Shown piece by piece: positions 16,451 to 27,812 of a stretch of 64,000 nucleotides of DNA (the first letter of the stretch is position 1; the number at the start of each line of letters is the position of its first letter). The notes beneath the pieces were generated by a model. That model was not told the origin of the DNA. It did not search any database and saw only the letters and a program-made list of their open reading frames with translations. The position numbers were made by a program, and so were the translations under genes. The DNA is from the human T2T-CHM13v2.0 reference genome, Homo sapiens, in the NCBI RefSeq assembly GCF_009914755.1, contig NC_060931.1; one strand, 5' to 3'.

Positions 16451-17174
16451 ATTTTTAGGCTATGAGAAAAAAGGGGGAGCTTTTTTAAAAAGTTTTTTAA
16501 AAACTATACAATAATATTCTAACTCAGAGTAATGTCTGCCTGACAACAAAATTGCATGAAGCAAATAATGAAAAGTCAGCCAGAAGAAAATCTGAAGAAG
16601 CTTATTTCAAATCCACTGGGTGCCAGGGGCAGAGAGAGGGGGTGGGGCAAAAAGACGTACCCAGCACAAGAGTGAAGAAGAGATCAAATCTCAGGAAAAG
16701 ATAAATCAGACATAAACTACTCAAAACCAGACACAATGAAAGACTGCAAGGATCCCACAGAAGAGAAACCTTATAATTCTCCAGAGATGATGTCATAGAA
16801 GTAGACCTAAAAAAACTCTAGGACTCAAATGTGTATATGTCACATGCACACCGTATCCATACTTTGAAGATTTTTAGATAAGGATTGGTAAACACTGTCT
16901 CAGGATCATTGAGACTTACTGATGAGATGCATACCTGGAATACAACATTAAAAGAGCATGCATACCTTGTTCAAAAGGAAAACGTTTCCTCGAAAGGATA
17001 GGATAGGAAAATTGTATGTCAAGAATATATATATTCCAATGGAAATTTAAAATCTGAGAGTAGAAGTATTTAAAAGGGGATAAACCCGGAAAGAGATGGA
17101 AGTAGTATCTTTGAAGGACTGTAATACAGATACCCAGCACATGAAGGAAATTGGGTAAAACAATCCTAGATAGC

Positions 17175-17876
17175 TCTCATGAGCAGGGCAAAGTCAGAGA
17201 TAACCAGGTCCATGCATGTTTGTGTCTCCACAATGTCAGATTTTTACTGATGCTATTTTAACCACAAAAGCCACAAGCTACATGGAGTTCTCAAGAAGGC
17301 AACTCTCTCCTTAGTACTTCTCGTTCACTCCGTAGTCAGAGCACACAGCTCAAGCCACTCCACAAGTCAGTCAACATTGCAAACCATATATAGTAGTATA
17401 TTTCATCAACATATAAATGTTAAGATTAAACATTCCACACCAAAGTAATATTTAACATCAAGAGAAAGGGAATAGGAAAAAGGATTAATGAAGTAGTCCG
17501 AGGAAAGTGACGATGAAGACAGAAAGAATCTCCTGGTCTGTGCTCGGCGGTCCAGGAAAGGTCTTGAAAGGAAAAGTCTTTGATGTGGGCAGAGCCTTCA
17601 GCAGCAGATGCCAGGTGTTGATCACTAGTGACAGTAAGAGCATGTCAGTTAAGATGGCCGCTTTGAGCTGCTGAAGCCCTGCTCTTTTTACGACCACCAG
17701 AGGACTGATAGTGGAAGTGTGTGCTTGTTTATGCCCTTATCTGGTTGGATGCAGTCTTTATTTATTACAAATTTATTAAGCAAACATCGTATCCCTGTTG
17801 GCAAAATGTCCCGTGAAATGTAAGATGGAGTCTTTTTTTTAAGATGGAGTTACTTATGTCAAGGGTGCTCAATACA
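17175..17876 (-). mobile_element. ERVL-class solo LTR (MER54-like)
   Basis: Minus strand starts tgtattgagcacccttgacataagtaactccatctt; 5-bp TSD ATAGC at 17170-17174 and 17877-17881. Confidence 0.8.
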
Positions 17877-18009
17877 ATAGCCTTTGTTGGGGCTTTATAA
17901 CTTAAAATGTGCTTTCTCACATTTTCTTCAATCTCAGAGAAGACTTATCAGATGAATAATACATTATCATTATTTTATGGAAGTTATAAGTGATTAATTG
18001 ACCATGCCC

Positions 18010-18388
18010 TGTTAAATTAAGTTTAGCCTAAAGCTGCCTCCTTACATATTTTTAAGTTGAGGCTAAAGGTTTCTCTGCACATAGTGAACTGTAACCTAAC
18101 TGGATGTATCAACAGACTGTAACTTGCTCTTGTACCCATCACTGAGCTTCAGCCAATTGCAGATGGCCAACTGTTTAAACCACGTTCAAATAAGACAAAC
18201 ATCAAGCTGTAACAATCCAGCTGTTCCTATTCCTCACTTCTGTTTCACTTTCATTTTTCTGTTCATAAATCCTTTTCACGTGAGTCTGTCTGAATCTATT
18301 CTGGTTTGGGGATTGCCCAGTTCATGAAACATTCTTTGCTCAATTAAACTCTGTTAAATTTAGTTTGTCCAAAATTTTTCTTTTAGCA
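18010..18388 (+). mobile_element. MER57-family ERV1 solo LTR
   Basis: tgttaaattaagtttagcctaaagctgcctccttacatatt...caattaaactctgttaaattt...ttttagca. Confidence 0.9.
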
Positions 18389-18558
18389 GCTGCAGATCGC
18401 CCAACTCATCGGTGGTAGGTCTAAGACTCGAGCATGGGTCTTTAAGCCTAAAGTCTATATTCTTGCCACATAGCCATGCTATCTTCTGATACATGTAGCA
18501 AAACTGCTACAGAATTGGCCACCTGGAACCAGTTAGTGGTATCCTGCTATTAACCACA

Positions 18559-19000
18559 TGTATTGGTTACCTGATGCTGCCATAACAAATCACCACAAAC
18601 TAGGTGGCTTAAAACAACAAAAAATTATTATCTCAGTGTTGGCAGCTAGTAGTCTGCAACTAAGGTGCTGGCAGGTTGATGTTTTCCTCTGACGCCTCTA
18701 GGGAACCTTCCTTGCCTCTTCCTAGCCTCTAGCAGTTGCTTGCCACCCTTGGTGCTCCCTGGCTTCTAGATGCATCACTGCAGTCTCCACCTACGATCTT
18801 CTCCCTGTCTGTGTCCCTGTGTCCCAATGCTCCTCTTTTTATAAGGATCCAGTTATATTGAATTTAGGGCCCATTCTAATCCAGTATGACCTCGTCTTAA
18901 CTTGATTACATCTGCAAAGACTGTATTTTCAAATAAGGTCATATTCACAGGCTCCAGGTGAACATAAGCTGGGGAAAGGCACACATTCAACCCAGCGCAC
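18559..19000 (-). mobile_element. MLT1B/C MaLR LTR
   Basis: tgtatt...gctgccataacaaatcaccacaaactaggtggcttaaaacaac...aaataaggtcatattcacagg. Confidence 0.85.
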
Positions 19001-19707
19001 AGCAGACGGAGAGTTTGTTCTTGGTTTGGGTTACTGACAATTTTCCCTCAGCAGGTAAAGGAATACATTTAGGAAATTTTTGTCCTGGATTCCAACAAGA
19101 AAGAAGGAGGTGTCAAATGCAGAAACAAGCAAACCTTGGAATAAAATGGCCTTGATGTTTATAATAGTGAAAAAGGTAATGGTCAGACCTTCAGAAAGGG
19201 GGCTTCATAAAAAGTAAGGAAAATAATAGTGCCCAAGGGAATATGTTTAGAAGAGGAATGTAGACTCTGAAAACAGGATTACTTGAGCATTACAAAAATG
19301 ATCCTGTTTAGGAGGAAAGATATGCTGTCTGGAAAGAAAATATAATAGAAATAATCTCAGATAATTGACCATAAACAAGCTTGTGCTGAAAACATAAACA
19401 GCAAGAATAGAATAATAGTCTAGGAGCACACAGTTCTCAGAGAGGAGGTAAAAGGAGGGTTAGATCTGGAGTAGTAAGACTCGAGGTTCCTATGGCTCAG
19501 AGGACGGATGGGGTGGACAGACCCAAGCATGCGATAAAAGAAAGGGAAAATTTGTTTAGAGTATTATGAGAATAAAGTCTTAAAATAAAGTAGGGGCGGA
19601 GATAAATACTAAAGACAGCAAGAAAGCTGTTTTTCTTTTTAATCTCCGTAGCCAAGAAAAGATCTGGGAAGAAAAACCTATGCTGTATCTCAGACAATAT
19701 CACCTTA

Positions 19708-20010
19708 GGCCAAGCATGGTGGCTGACACCTGTAATCCTAATGCTTTGGGAGGCCAAGGCAGGAGGATCACTTGAGCCCAGGAGGACCTCTTGCCCACCA
19801 GCCTGGGCAACAAAGTGAGACTCCATCTCTACAAAACTTTGTAAAAAATTAGCCAGGTGTGGTAGCACACGCCTGTGTTCCCAGCTACTCGGGGCTGAGG
19901 TGGGAGGATCACTTGAGCCCAGAAAGTAAACCCTCACTAGCCATGTTCACTCCACTGCACTCCAGCCTGGGCCACAGAGCAAGACCTTGTCTCAAAAAAA
20001 AAAAAAAAAA
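19708..20010 (+). mobile_element. AluJ-like
   Basis: Alu dimer; TSD acaatatcacctta (19694-19707) / acaatataacctta (20013-20026). Confidence 0.95.
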
Positions 20011-21006
20011 TTACAATATAACCTTAACAAATGATAACATAATCAAAGAACCATTCAATTTTCTGCTTCCTTCCATATTCTAAGAGAGATGAACATCAAT
20101 TTTGAAGCAAACATTATGAAGAGAGAATTAAAACCTACAATAGAAAAAGAGATAGTAAGAGAAATCTTCACTTACTCTGAATGACTTCAAAACTTCTGTT
20201 AATACAAATTCTATCCCAAAGTATCAAAAGAGTTTGCAGATGAGATCAGAGAACTGCTCCTGAGAATCAAGGAGAATGGAAAAGGTGACTAATGGCTGGA
20301 AAATGTTTCTACTTCTAAAAATAGTGAAAGAATGAGATCTGTATGTAAACTGATGAGCCTCATGCAGACGCCAAACAAAATTCTAAAATGGATGATTTGT
20401 AGGCAAGATACAGTAAACAAATACTAACCAGTGTGAATTCACTAAGAACAAGTCATGCCAACCAGTCTCACTTCTTTTCTTAGATTTGGTTGCCTGTGTG
20501 TCAGGAGGAAGGCATGCACATGGTATGCCTTGGTTTTAGCATAGCATTTGCCAAATATCGTGATGCACACCTTTTGTTGTTAAGATGGAGGAATGAGGGC
20601 CCAGGTAACAGCAAGATGACTGGTGGTTTGCTGCATAGTTAGGCATTCAATGTCACCCAAAGAATATTGGCCAAAGACTTGACTTCCACCTTAAAAGGCA
20701 AACTCCAAGAATTTATGATTTGCTCATTTCTGTTCAATATTTTTGTCAAAAACATGAAAACCACAGAATGCATGTTTATGAATATTTCAATTTAAAAATT
20801 AGGGAGACAGAGCTAATACACGAGGAGACAATTCAAAACTATTTCTTCATATAGAAATCAGGCCCAAAACAAAGAAAATACAAATTATTTGGGATAAACA
20901 TAAGGCCAAAAAAAAAGAGAGAGACAGAGAGACTAATAATACCAATAGCTTACATTTATTGAACAGTTACTATGCATTATATAGTCACATGCCATATATA
21001 CATATG

Positions 21007-21202
21007 TTTTGAGACTGGATCTTGCTCTGTTGCCCAGGCTGGAGTGCAATGGCACAATCTTAGCTCACTGCAACCTCCCCGTCCCAGGCTCAAGCAGTCC
21101 TCCCACCTCAGCCTCCCGATAGCTAAGACTACAGGCACGTCACCATGTTTGGCTAATTTATATATATTTCATAAAGATGGGGCTTCATCATGTTGCCCAG
21201 GC
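21007..21202 (-). mobile_element. AluJ-like fragment inside a MIR
   Basis: ttttgagactggatcttgctctgttgcccaggctggagtgcaatggc...; truncated. Confidence 0.9.
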
Positions 21203-21627
21203 ATTATATTTTTTAACCTCATAACCACCACATTATCATTAGAATTATTGCTTTTAAAATTTATCAGCGAGGAAGCTAAGCCTGAGGGGCTAAGTAATTT
21301 CTGCAATTTATAGTTAGTAAGTGGCCAAGACTTAAATCCAGGTGTGCCTAAATTCAGGGCTTATGGTTTTAGCAACTTTACTAGTCTCATCAATGCAGGA
21401 ATGGAGGTTACTTGGCATTAACTTATTTTGAGTTTTAATTGAAAACACCCAGATAAAAGTGTTAATATTGCACAGTAGCCACTTAATAATGCTATCTTCT
21501 TTCTTACTACAACATTGAAAATTTAGGAGAAACTTGATAGTTGAATTCAAATAATTTAAGAATTGATAAAATCTATGTAACTCAAAACAAAAAAAACTAA
21601 GATTACAGTTAAAAATTACACTGTGAT

Positions 21628-21827
21628 ATATATATATCATATATATATGATGGAATATAGGCAATGACTTATTTATGTTAAAAGATGGAAGAAACATAGA
21701 TCAGTGTAGTTAAAGCCCAGTGTAGTTCAACCATATATATATGATATATATATGATGGAATATATATATATATATCATATATACATAATGGAATTATATA
21801 CATGATATATATCACATATATATGATG

Positions 21828-21872
<45 letters not shown>

Positions 21873-22605
21873 GCAGTTTCTTTATCCACTAATTGATTGA
21901 TTGGCATTTGGGTTGGTTCCATGATACATATATCATATATACATGACGGAATATATATATCATATAATATATATAATATATATATCATATGATATATATA
22001 TACATATATTATATATATCATATGATATATATAATACATATATTATATATATATCATATGATATATATAATACATATATTATATATATATCATATAATAT
22101 ATATAATACATATATTATATATATATCATATAATATATATAATACATATATTATATATATCATATAATATATATAATACATATATTATATATATATCATA
22201 TAATATATATAATATATATATTATATATATATGATGGAACACTACTCAGCCATAAAAAGGAATGAATTAATGACATTCACAGCGACCTGGATGAGATTGG
22301 AAACTATTATTCTAAGTGAATTAACTCACGAATGGAAAACCAAACATGGTATGTTCTCACTTATATGCGGGAGCTAAGCTATGAGGACACAAAGACATAA
22401 GAATGATACAATGGACTTTTGGGACTTGGAGGGAAGGGTGGGAGCCTGGTGAGGGATAAAAGACTACAAATAGGGTGCAGTATATAGTGCTCAGGTGATG
22501 GGCACACCAAAATCTCACAAATCACCACTGAAGAACTTAACTCATGTAACCAAATACCACCTGTACCCCAATAACCTATAGAAAAATAAAATAAAAATGA
22601 ATGAC
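21628..22605 (+). mobile_element. L1PB1-like 3' end with a complex, partly inverted 5' junction
   Basis: Sense 3' end at 22231-22595; antisense L1 piece at 21870-21922; TSD aaaaattacactg(t/a)gata at about 21611-21628 and 22608-22625. Confidence 0.88.
21950..22231. repeat. AT-rich minisatellite, unit about 36 bp (atcatataatatatataatacatatattatatatat), about 7 copies
   Basis: Tandem units seen directly; adjacent (TA)n at about 21830-21869. Confidence 0.9.
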
Positions 22606-23369
22606 AAAAAAATTACACTGAGATAAATTTTTGTTCAATAACATGAACATTTTTCTATATTGTGGCTTTCCAACCACGGAATAAACTACCTTGCACAGGA
22701 ATAAGTTCTGTATCAGCATTTCTATGAGTGGGTAGTTGAACTGAGAGGAGAAATCTCTAGGTGATTTCTCAGTCTTCTAAATCTAAGGTTCAATAAAGAA
22801 AACAGTTTAAAGGTTAAGTGGTGCAAAAAGGAATTCCTGAGAATCACTGACTCATAACTGCAAGGAAACTTGTAGTCATCAGCAACATAAGTTAAACAAG
22901 TTGTGGTCTAAAGCCTAAGTCTCCTATTTTAATTCTTTTAGGAAGGTAAGAAACCCTCGGAACACTCCACTTATTCTATTTTATTTATCCTCAGAGTGTT
23001 TATTGAAGGTACAGCAGTCATCAACATCCCCGTTTTGTTGACTGGAAAATGAAGCAATTCCACAGCCAATGAATGGCAGGGCAAGATGGGAGGTCAGTTC
23101 CTGTAGACATCTGGTAATCTTTCCATGACATTACTGTTTTCATCTCAATAGATGATCCCAAGGCTTTTTTTAAAATTAAATATATTTTTAAAGTAATTTT
23201 AATTCTCTCATTCATATATATATACACATATATGTAATTTACCACTTGTGAAACACTTAATCACATGATTTTGATCTACATCCATATGGTTCTATGCAAA
23301 TTCCTTACCAGCTAGTAATTAAGAACCCTGGTTAAATGTAACACTTGTAAAAGCAGTCCTGGAATTTTG

Positions 23370-23560
23370 GTGCTGGCCTGGCATGGTATAATAAAGGTGC
23401 TCATTCCTGGAATGCAGGGTCAAATTCCAGCCTGGCTCTGCCACTGACAAGTCATGGGACCTTGGGCAAGTCAAGCAACCACTGTGCACCTCAATTTCTT
23501 GGTTTCTAACATTTGTGAAGGGCTTGAACTACACTGATCTATGTTTCTTCCATCTTTTAA
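23370..23560 (+). mobile_element. MIR relic
   Basis: ggctctgccactgac...gaccttgggcaagtca...cctcaatttctt. Confidence 0.7.
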
Positions 23561-24321
23561 CATAAGTAAGTCATTGCCTATTGAGAACTCATGCCTATCA
23601 GTTTACTTGTGATGGTCATTTCGTCTTTCACAGCTCAAGGCATGATTTAGTTTATAATTCTATTGATTTTTAATGTTTTTCAGCCAGGTCATATCAGAAG
23701 GAACTTTGCATGCATATTTAGCCTGATTTTAGCAATATTTTTAATCTAATAAACTTAACCAAGCAGTCTTGTTGTTGTTGTTGTCGTCAAAATTTGGGGT
23801 AAAATTTCAAAAACAGGAATATAACTTTTTAACTTTTCAACTGTACTCATGCATTTTGGTTTAGCAGTATGCTTTTTTCCCCCATGAATTCAGCAATCTT
23901 AAAATATGCTATCGCACAAGATACTCATGGGGGATTTAACACCAAATTTTGTTTTGGAACCTATAGTCACTCACTGTTCCAATCTGAAAAATACATAGAT
24001 GTATCTCAAGTGTATATATTGGTTACCAGCTGGTAGTTTCTCAAATATCTCCATTTCTTTCAGCTGCTTCACACTCACTACCAAGCAAAAAGGTAGGCTT
24101 CCTATGAGCAATGATATGAAATAATGTCATAGGTAAATCAAAATAATCTAGATGAAAATAAAATCAGAGTCACAATCCAATTAGTATTTAATATCTCTGT
24201 AATTGAGTGTATGCTAATAATCTTTGAACATTTAGTTTCTTAAAACAGAAAAACCAAATACAGGTACATTCATCTCATTCATTACATTTAATTTTCTACT
24301 AACAAGAATGTTCAAGTTTTA

Positions 24322-24556
24322 CAGGGCGAGTATCCCTTATCTGAAATGCTTGGGATGAGAAGTGTTTCCAATTTTGATTTTTTCCCAGTTTTGGAATATT
24401 TGCATTATACTTACTGGTTGAGCATCCCTAATTCAAAAATCCAAAATCTGAAATGCTCCAATGAGCATTTCCTTTGAGTACCATGTTGGCACTCAAAAAT
24501 TTCAAATTTTGGAGCATTTCAGGTTTCAGATTTTTTGATTAAGGATACTCAACTTG
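24322..24556 (+). mobile_element. Tigger4a (MER46A/Zombi) TcMar MITE
   Basis: Terminal inverted repeats cagggcgagtatccctta / taaggatactcaacttg, flanked by a TA TSD. Confidence 0.9.
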
Positions 24557-24638
24557 TACTATCAAACTGGGAGCTCAAACTAGGACATCATTCCAAAGAA
24601 ACCTTCCAGAATGTCATGACGTCGTAATTAAATGTTTT

Positions 24639-25282
24639 TGTTACAGAAAGGGGTCTCAGTTCAGAACCCAAGAGAGGGTTCTTGGACCTCACGCAAGAAA
24701 GAATTCAAGGCAAGTCCATACAGTAAAGTGAAAGCAAGTTTATCAGGAAAGTAAAGGAATAAAGAATGGCTACTCCATAGGCAGAATAGCGGCATGGGCT
24801 GCTCGACTGATGATACTTTTTGTTACTTCCTGATTATATGCTAAACAAGGGGTTGATGATTCATGAGTCTCCAGGAAAGGGGTGGGCAATTCTCGGAACT
24901 GAGGGTTCCCGCCTCTGCCCCTGCCGACTTCTTAGACCATATAGGGTAACTTCCTGATGTTGCCATGGCATTTGTAAACTGTATGGCACTGGCGGGAGTG
25001 TCTTTAGCATGTTAGCGCATTATATAATTAGTGTATAATGAGCAGTGAGACGACTGGAGGTCACTTTCATCGCCATCTTGGTTTTGGTGGGTTTTGGACA
25101 GCTTCTTTACGCATGCTGTTTTATCAGCAAGGTCTTTGTGACCTGTATCTTGTGCCGACCTCCTATCTCATCCTGTGACTAGGAATGCCTTAACCTCCTG
25201 GAATGCAGCTCAGTAAGTCTCAGCCTTATTTTACCCACCCCCTATTCAAGATGGAATTGCTCTGGTTCAAAAGCCTCTGACA
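24639..25282 (-). mobile_element. MER41B-type ERV1 solo LTR
   Basis: Minus strand starts tgtcagaggcttttgaaccagagc; contains the B-type segment gggaaccctcagttccgagaattgcccacccctttcctggag. Confidence 0.92.
24890..24898. promoter_or_regulatory. GAS (STAT) motif TTCTCGGAA within the MER41B LTR
   Basis: Fits TTCN3GAA at the position of the known MER41B tandem GAS; the partner site at 24869-24877 (CTCCAGGAA) is mutated. Confidence 0.5.
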
Positions 25283-26949
25283 GGTAGAAATTCAGATGTT
25301 AGAATATTTTACCTCCTTAAAATAATTTAAAGGACCAATTACTGTATAGCTTATTTATTTGGATATTTTATATGATGTTTTCTAAACATATAGTATTTGT
25401 CAGTGTTTCCAGTGACAAGGTTTTTTGTGAAGGGATTTAGACCAGTGGGGAGCCCAAGGATATTTATTTTGCTGTCGTTCTTGAGTCACTATAAATATTT
25501 CAGTTAAGAGTAGTCATAGGAGAGCAAGCAATTGGAGCTATCTGGATTTGAAAGTACTTCAGCTTTCTTCAGCATCCATGCTATCAGTAGCTGCCTAACC
25601 TTGCCTTCTGATATTATGCAAGAATTGGACGCTTCTAGCTAACAAACCTTCACTCATGCTGGCTTTTCCCATCCTTTGATCCCTTACCTTGATGCTGCTT
25701 TATGATGCCAAAACACCTCAAAGCTTGAACTTGGATAGCATCAAAACATAAAGACAGTACTGAATCAGCTCATGAATCCTCAAAATCAAAAGTCCTTCTC
25801 CCCTGTCCGCATGTCCAGCATTTGTGACTTAGTGAATCATAGGGTGGGGAAGTGACTCACAGTCAGCCCAACAGCACTCTTTTTTTCATTAGTTGTTTCT
25901 GAAGAATTGTAAAGTTCTGAATTCAAAGCGTGCTTATAAGTTATCGAGATGGACTTTTTCTCCCCTGCAGCATGCCAGAAACTATACAATCCACCCCCTC
26001 TGAAGGAGTTTGTTCATTTAAAAAAAAAAAAAGGGTAAGCATGTTTTTAAAATTTAGTTGCAGCAGACAGTACAGAAAACAGTTTTTATGGCCACAGCAC
26101 ATGTTGCCTGGGTCTGCTGCTTTTTCTTCTTTCCTATTTTCTCTCATCCCTTTGTTCCACTAAATCCTCCTGCTCCTACCCCCTTTTACCACCACCCCCT
26201 CCTCTTCCTCCCTCCTCCACCCTGGATCCCTAGAGAGGGTTGACCTGGGGGCTAGGTAATAATCCCAGAAAGGGCTTGGGATTCCAAATTGCCAGAGATC
26301 AAGAAGGCCATCCAGGGAAAACCTGGAAGGACACAGAGTGGTCAGTGTAAATGCATCCACGTGCTCCAAGTGGGCAAAGTAATTGGTTAAAATGTGTAAA
26401 TGTAAATGCTAAAAATCGAATCTCTATAGAGTGGCCAATGCTATAAAAGGATTACCTTATTCTAAACAATTTTTTCATTCTGTATTTTTCCTGCCAATCT
26501 ATATATTGTTCATTATTTCACCTTCTCCTTGTTGTTTTCCTGAGCTTTGGGCAAACCTCATCACTTAATGCATGCAATAAATGGGAGTAAGTTCAATTTT
26601 TCATCGAGGATAACCATGATAAAAAAAAGAAAGAAGAAATTCACTAATACTACAAACTGTGTTAACCTTGACATGAGAACTTTCAGAGGAGTAGTGGAGG
26701 CAAAAGCTTGATTGGAAGGGACTGAAGGGAATGGGAGGAGAAGAATTGAAGGCAGTAAGTATAGACAACCCCAGAAGAATCATTCAGTGAAGAGCAGCAG
26801 AGATAGTAGAGCCGGAGGGAGAGTTACAGGTGGATGTGGGGTCAAGAAAGTTTTTAATATAATTAATGTGAGAGAAATAAGAGCATCTTTATATGGTGAT
26901 AGTAATGATGAGGCCAAGAGGGGAAAAACTGATGACATAGGGGAGGGAG

Positions 26950-27313
26950 TGTATTAGTCCATTCTCATACTGCTATGAAGAAATACCTGAGACTGGGTAA
27001 TTTATAAAGAAAAAGAGGCTTAATGGACTCACAGTTCCACATGGCTGGGGAGGCCTCACAATTATGGCAGAAGACAAAGGAGGAACAAATGCACATCTTA
27101 CATGGCGGCAGGCAAGAGAGCGTGTGCAGGGGAAGTGCCCTATATAAAACCGTCAGATCTTGTGAGACTTGTTCACTATCACAAGAACAGCACAGGAAAA
27201 ACCTGTCTTCAAGATGCAATTACCTCCCACCAGATCCGTCCCACAACACATGGGGATTATGGTAGCTACAATTCAAGATGAGATTTGGGTGGGGACAGGG
27301 CCAAACCATATCA
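26950..27313 (-). mobile_element. THE1-family MaLR solo LTR
   Basis: tgtattagtccattctcatactgct...ccaaaccatatca; 5-bp TSD GGGAG on both sides. Confidence 0.95.
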
Positions 27314-27401
27314 GGGAGTATGTTTGCCTTTGCCAAGCAGCATTAAGGGTTTATGTTCATGAATTTAAGATGGGAGTGGAAGGACTGCTGGAGATGGAGC
27401 A

Positions 27402-27812
27402 TGTTAGGGGTTAAATTGTATGCCCCCCTCAAAAAAAAATTTAAGTGTTGAAGTCCTAACCTCTGGTACCTCAGAATGTTACCTTACTTATCCTGACTAG
27501 TTAAGATGAGGGGGTGTCCTAATCCAGTGTGACTGGTGTCCTTATAAAAATAGGAAATTTGGGTGCAGACAGGCACACAGGGAGAACACCATGTCAACAC
27601 GAAGGCAGAAGTTGGAGTGATGAGTCTACAAGCCAAGGATTGCCAGCAATTCATCAGAGGCCAGGACAGCAGCCTGGGGCAGCCCCCTACATGGTACCAA
27701 CTCCATCAACACCTTGATCTCAGACTTCCAACCTCCAGAACTGTGTGAGAATTCATTTCTATTCTTTAAGCCACCTAATTTGTGGCACTTTGCTTTGACA
27801 GTTCTAGCACAC
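27402..27812 (+). mobile_element. MLT1B-like MaLR LTR
   Basis: gttgaagtcctaacctctggtacctcagaatg...caccttgatctcagacttccaacctccagaactgtg. Confidence 0.85.

Larger units (their letters stand above)
20050..22795 (+). mobile_element. L3/CR1 relic (RT region to 3' end), interrupted by MIR, Alu and L1PB
   Basis: CR1-like aagagtttgcagatgagatc and aagaacaagtcatgccaac; 3'-end-like sequence at 22610-22795. Confidence 0.6.

Noticed and set aside
21812-22234. Ile/Tyr-rich ORFs and a regularly spaced repeat superficially like a CRISPR array
   Set aside because: Translation of a TA minisatellite; no unique spacers, no cas genes, eukaryotic context
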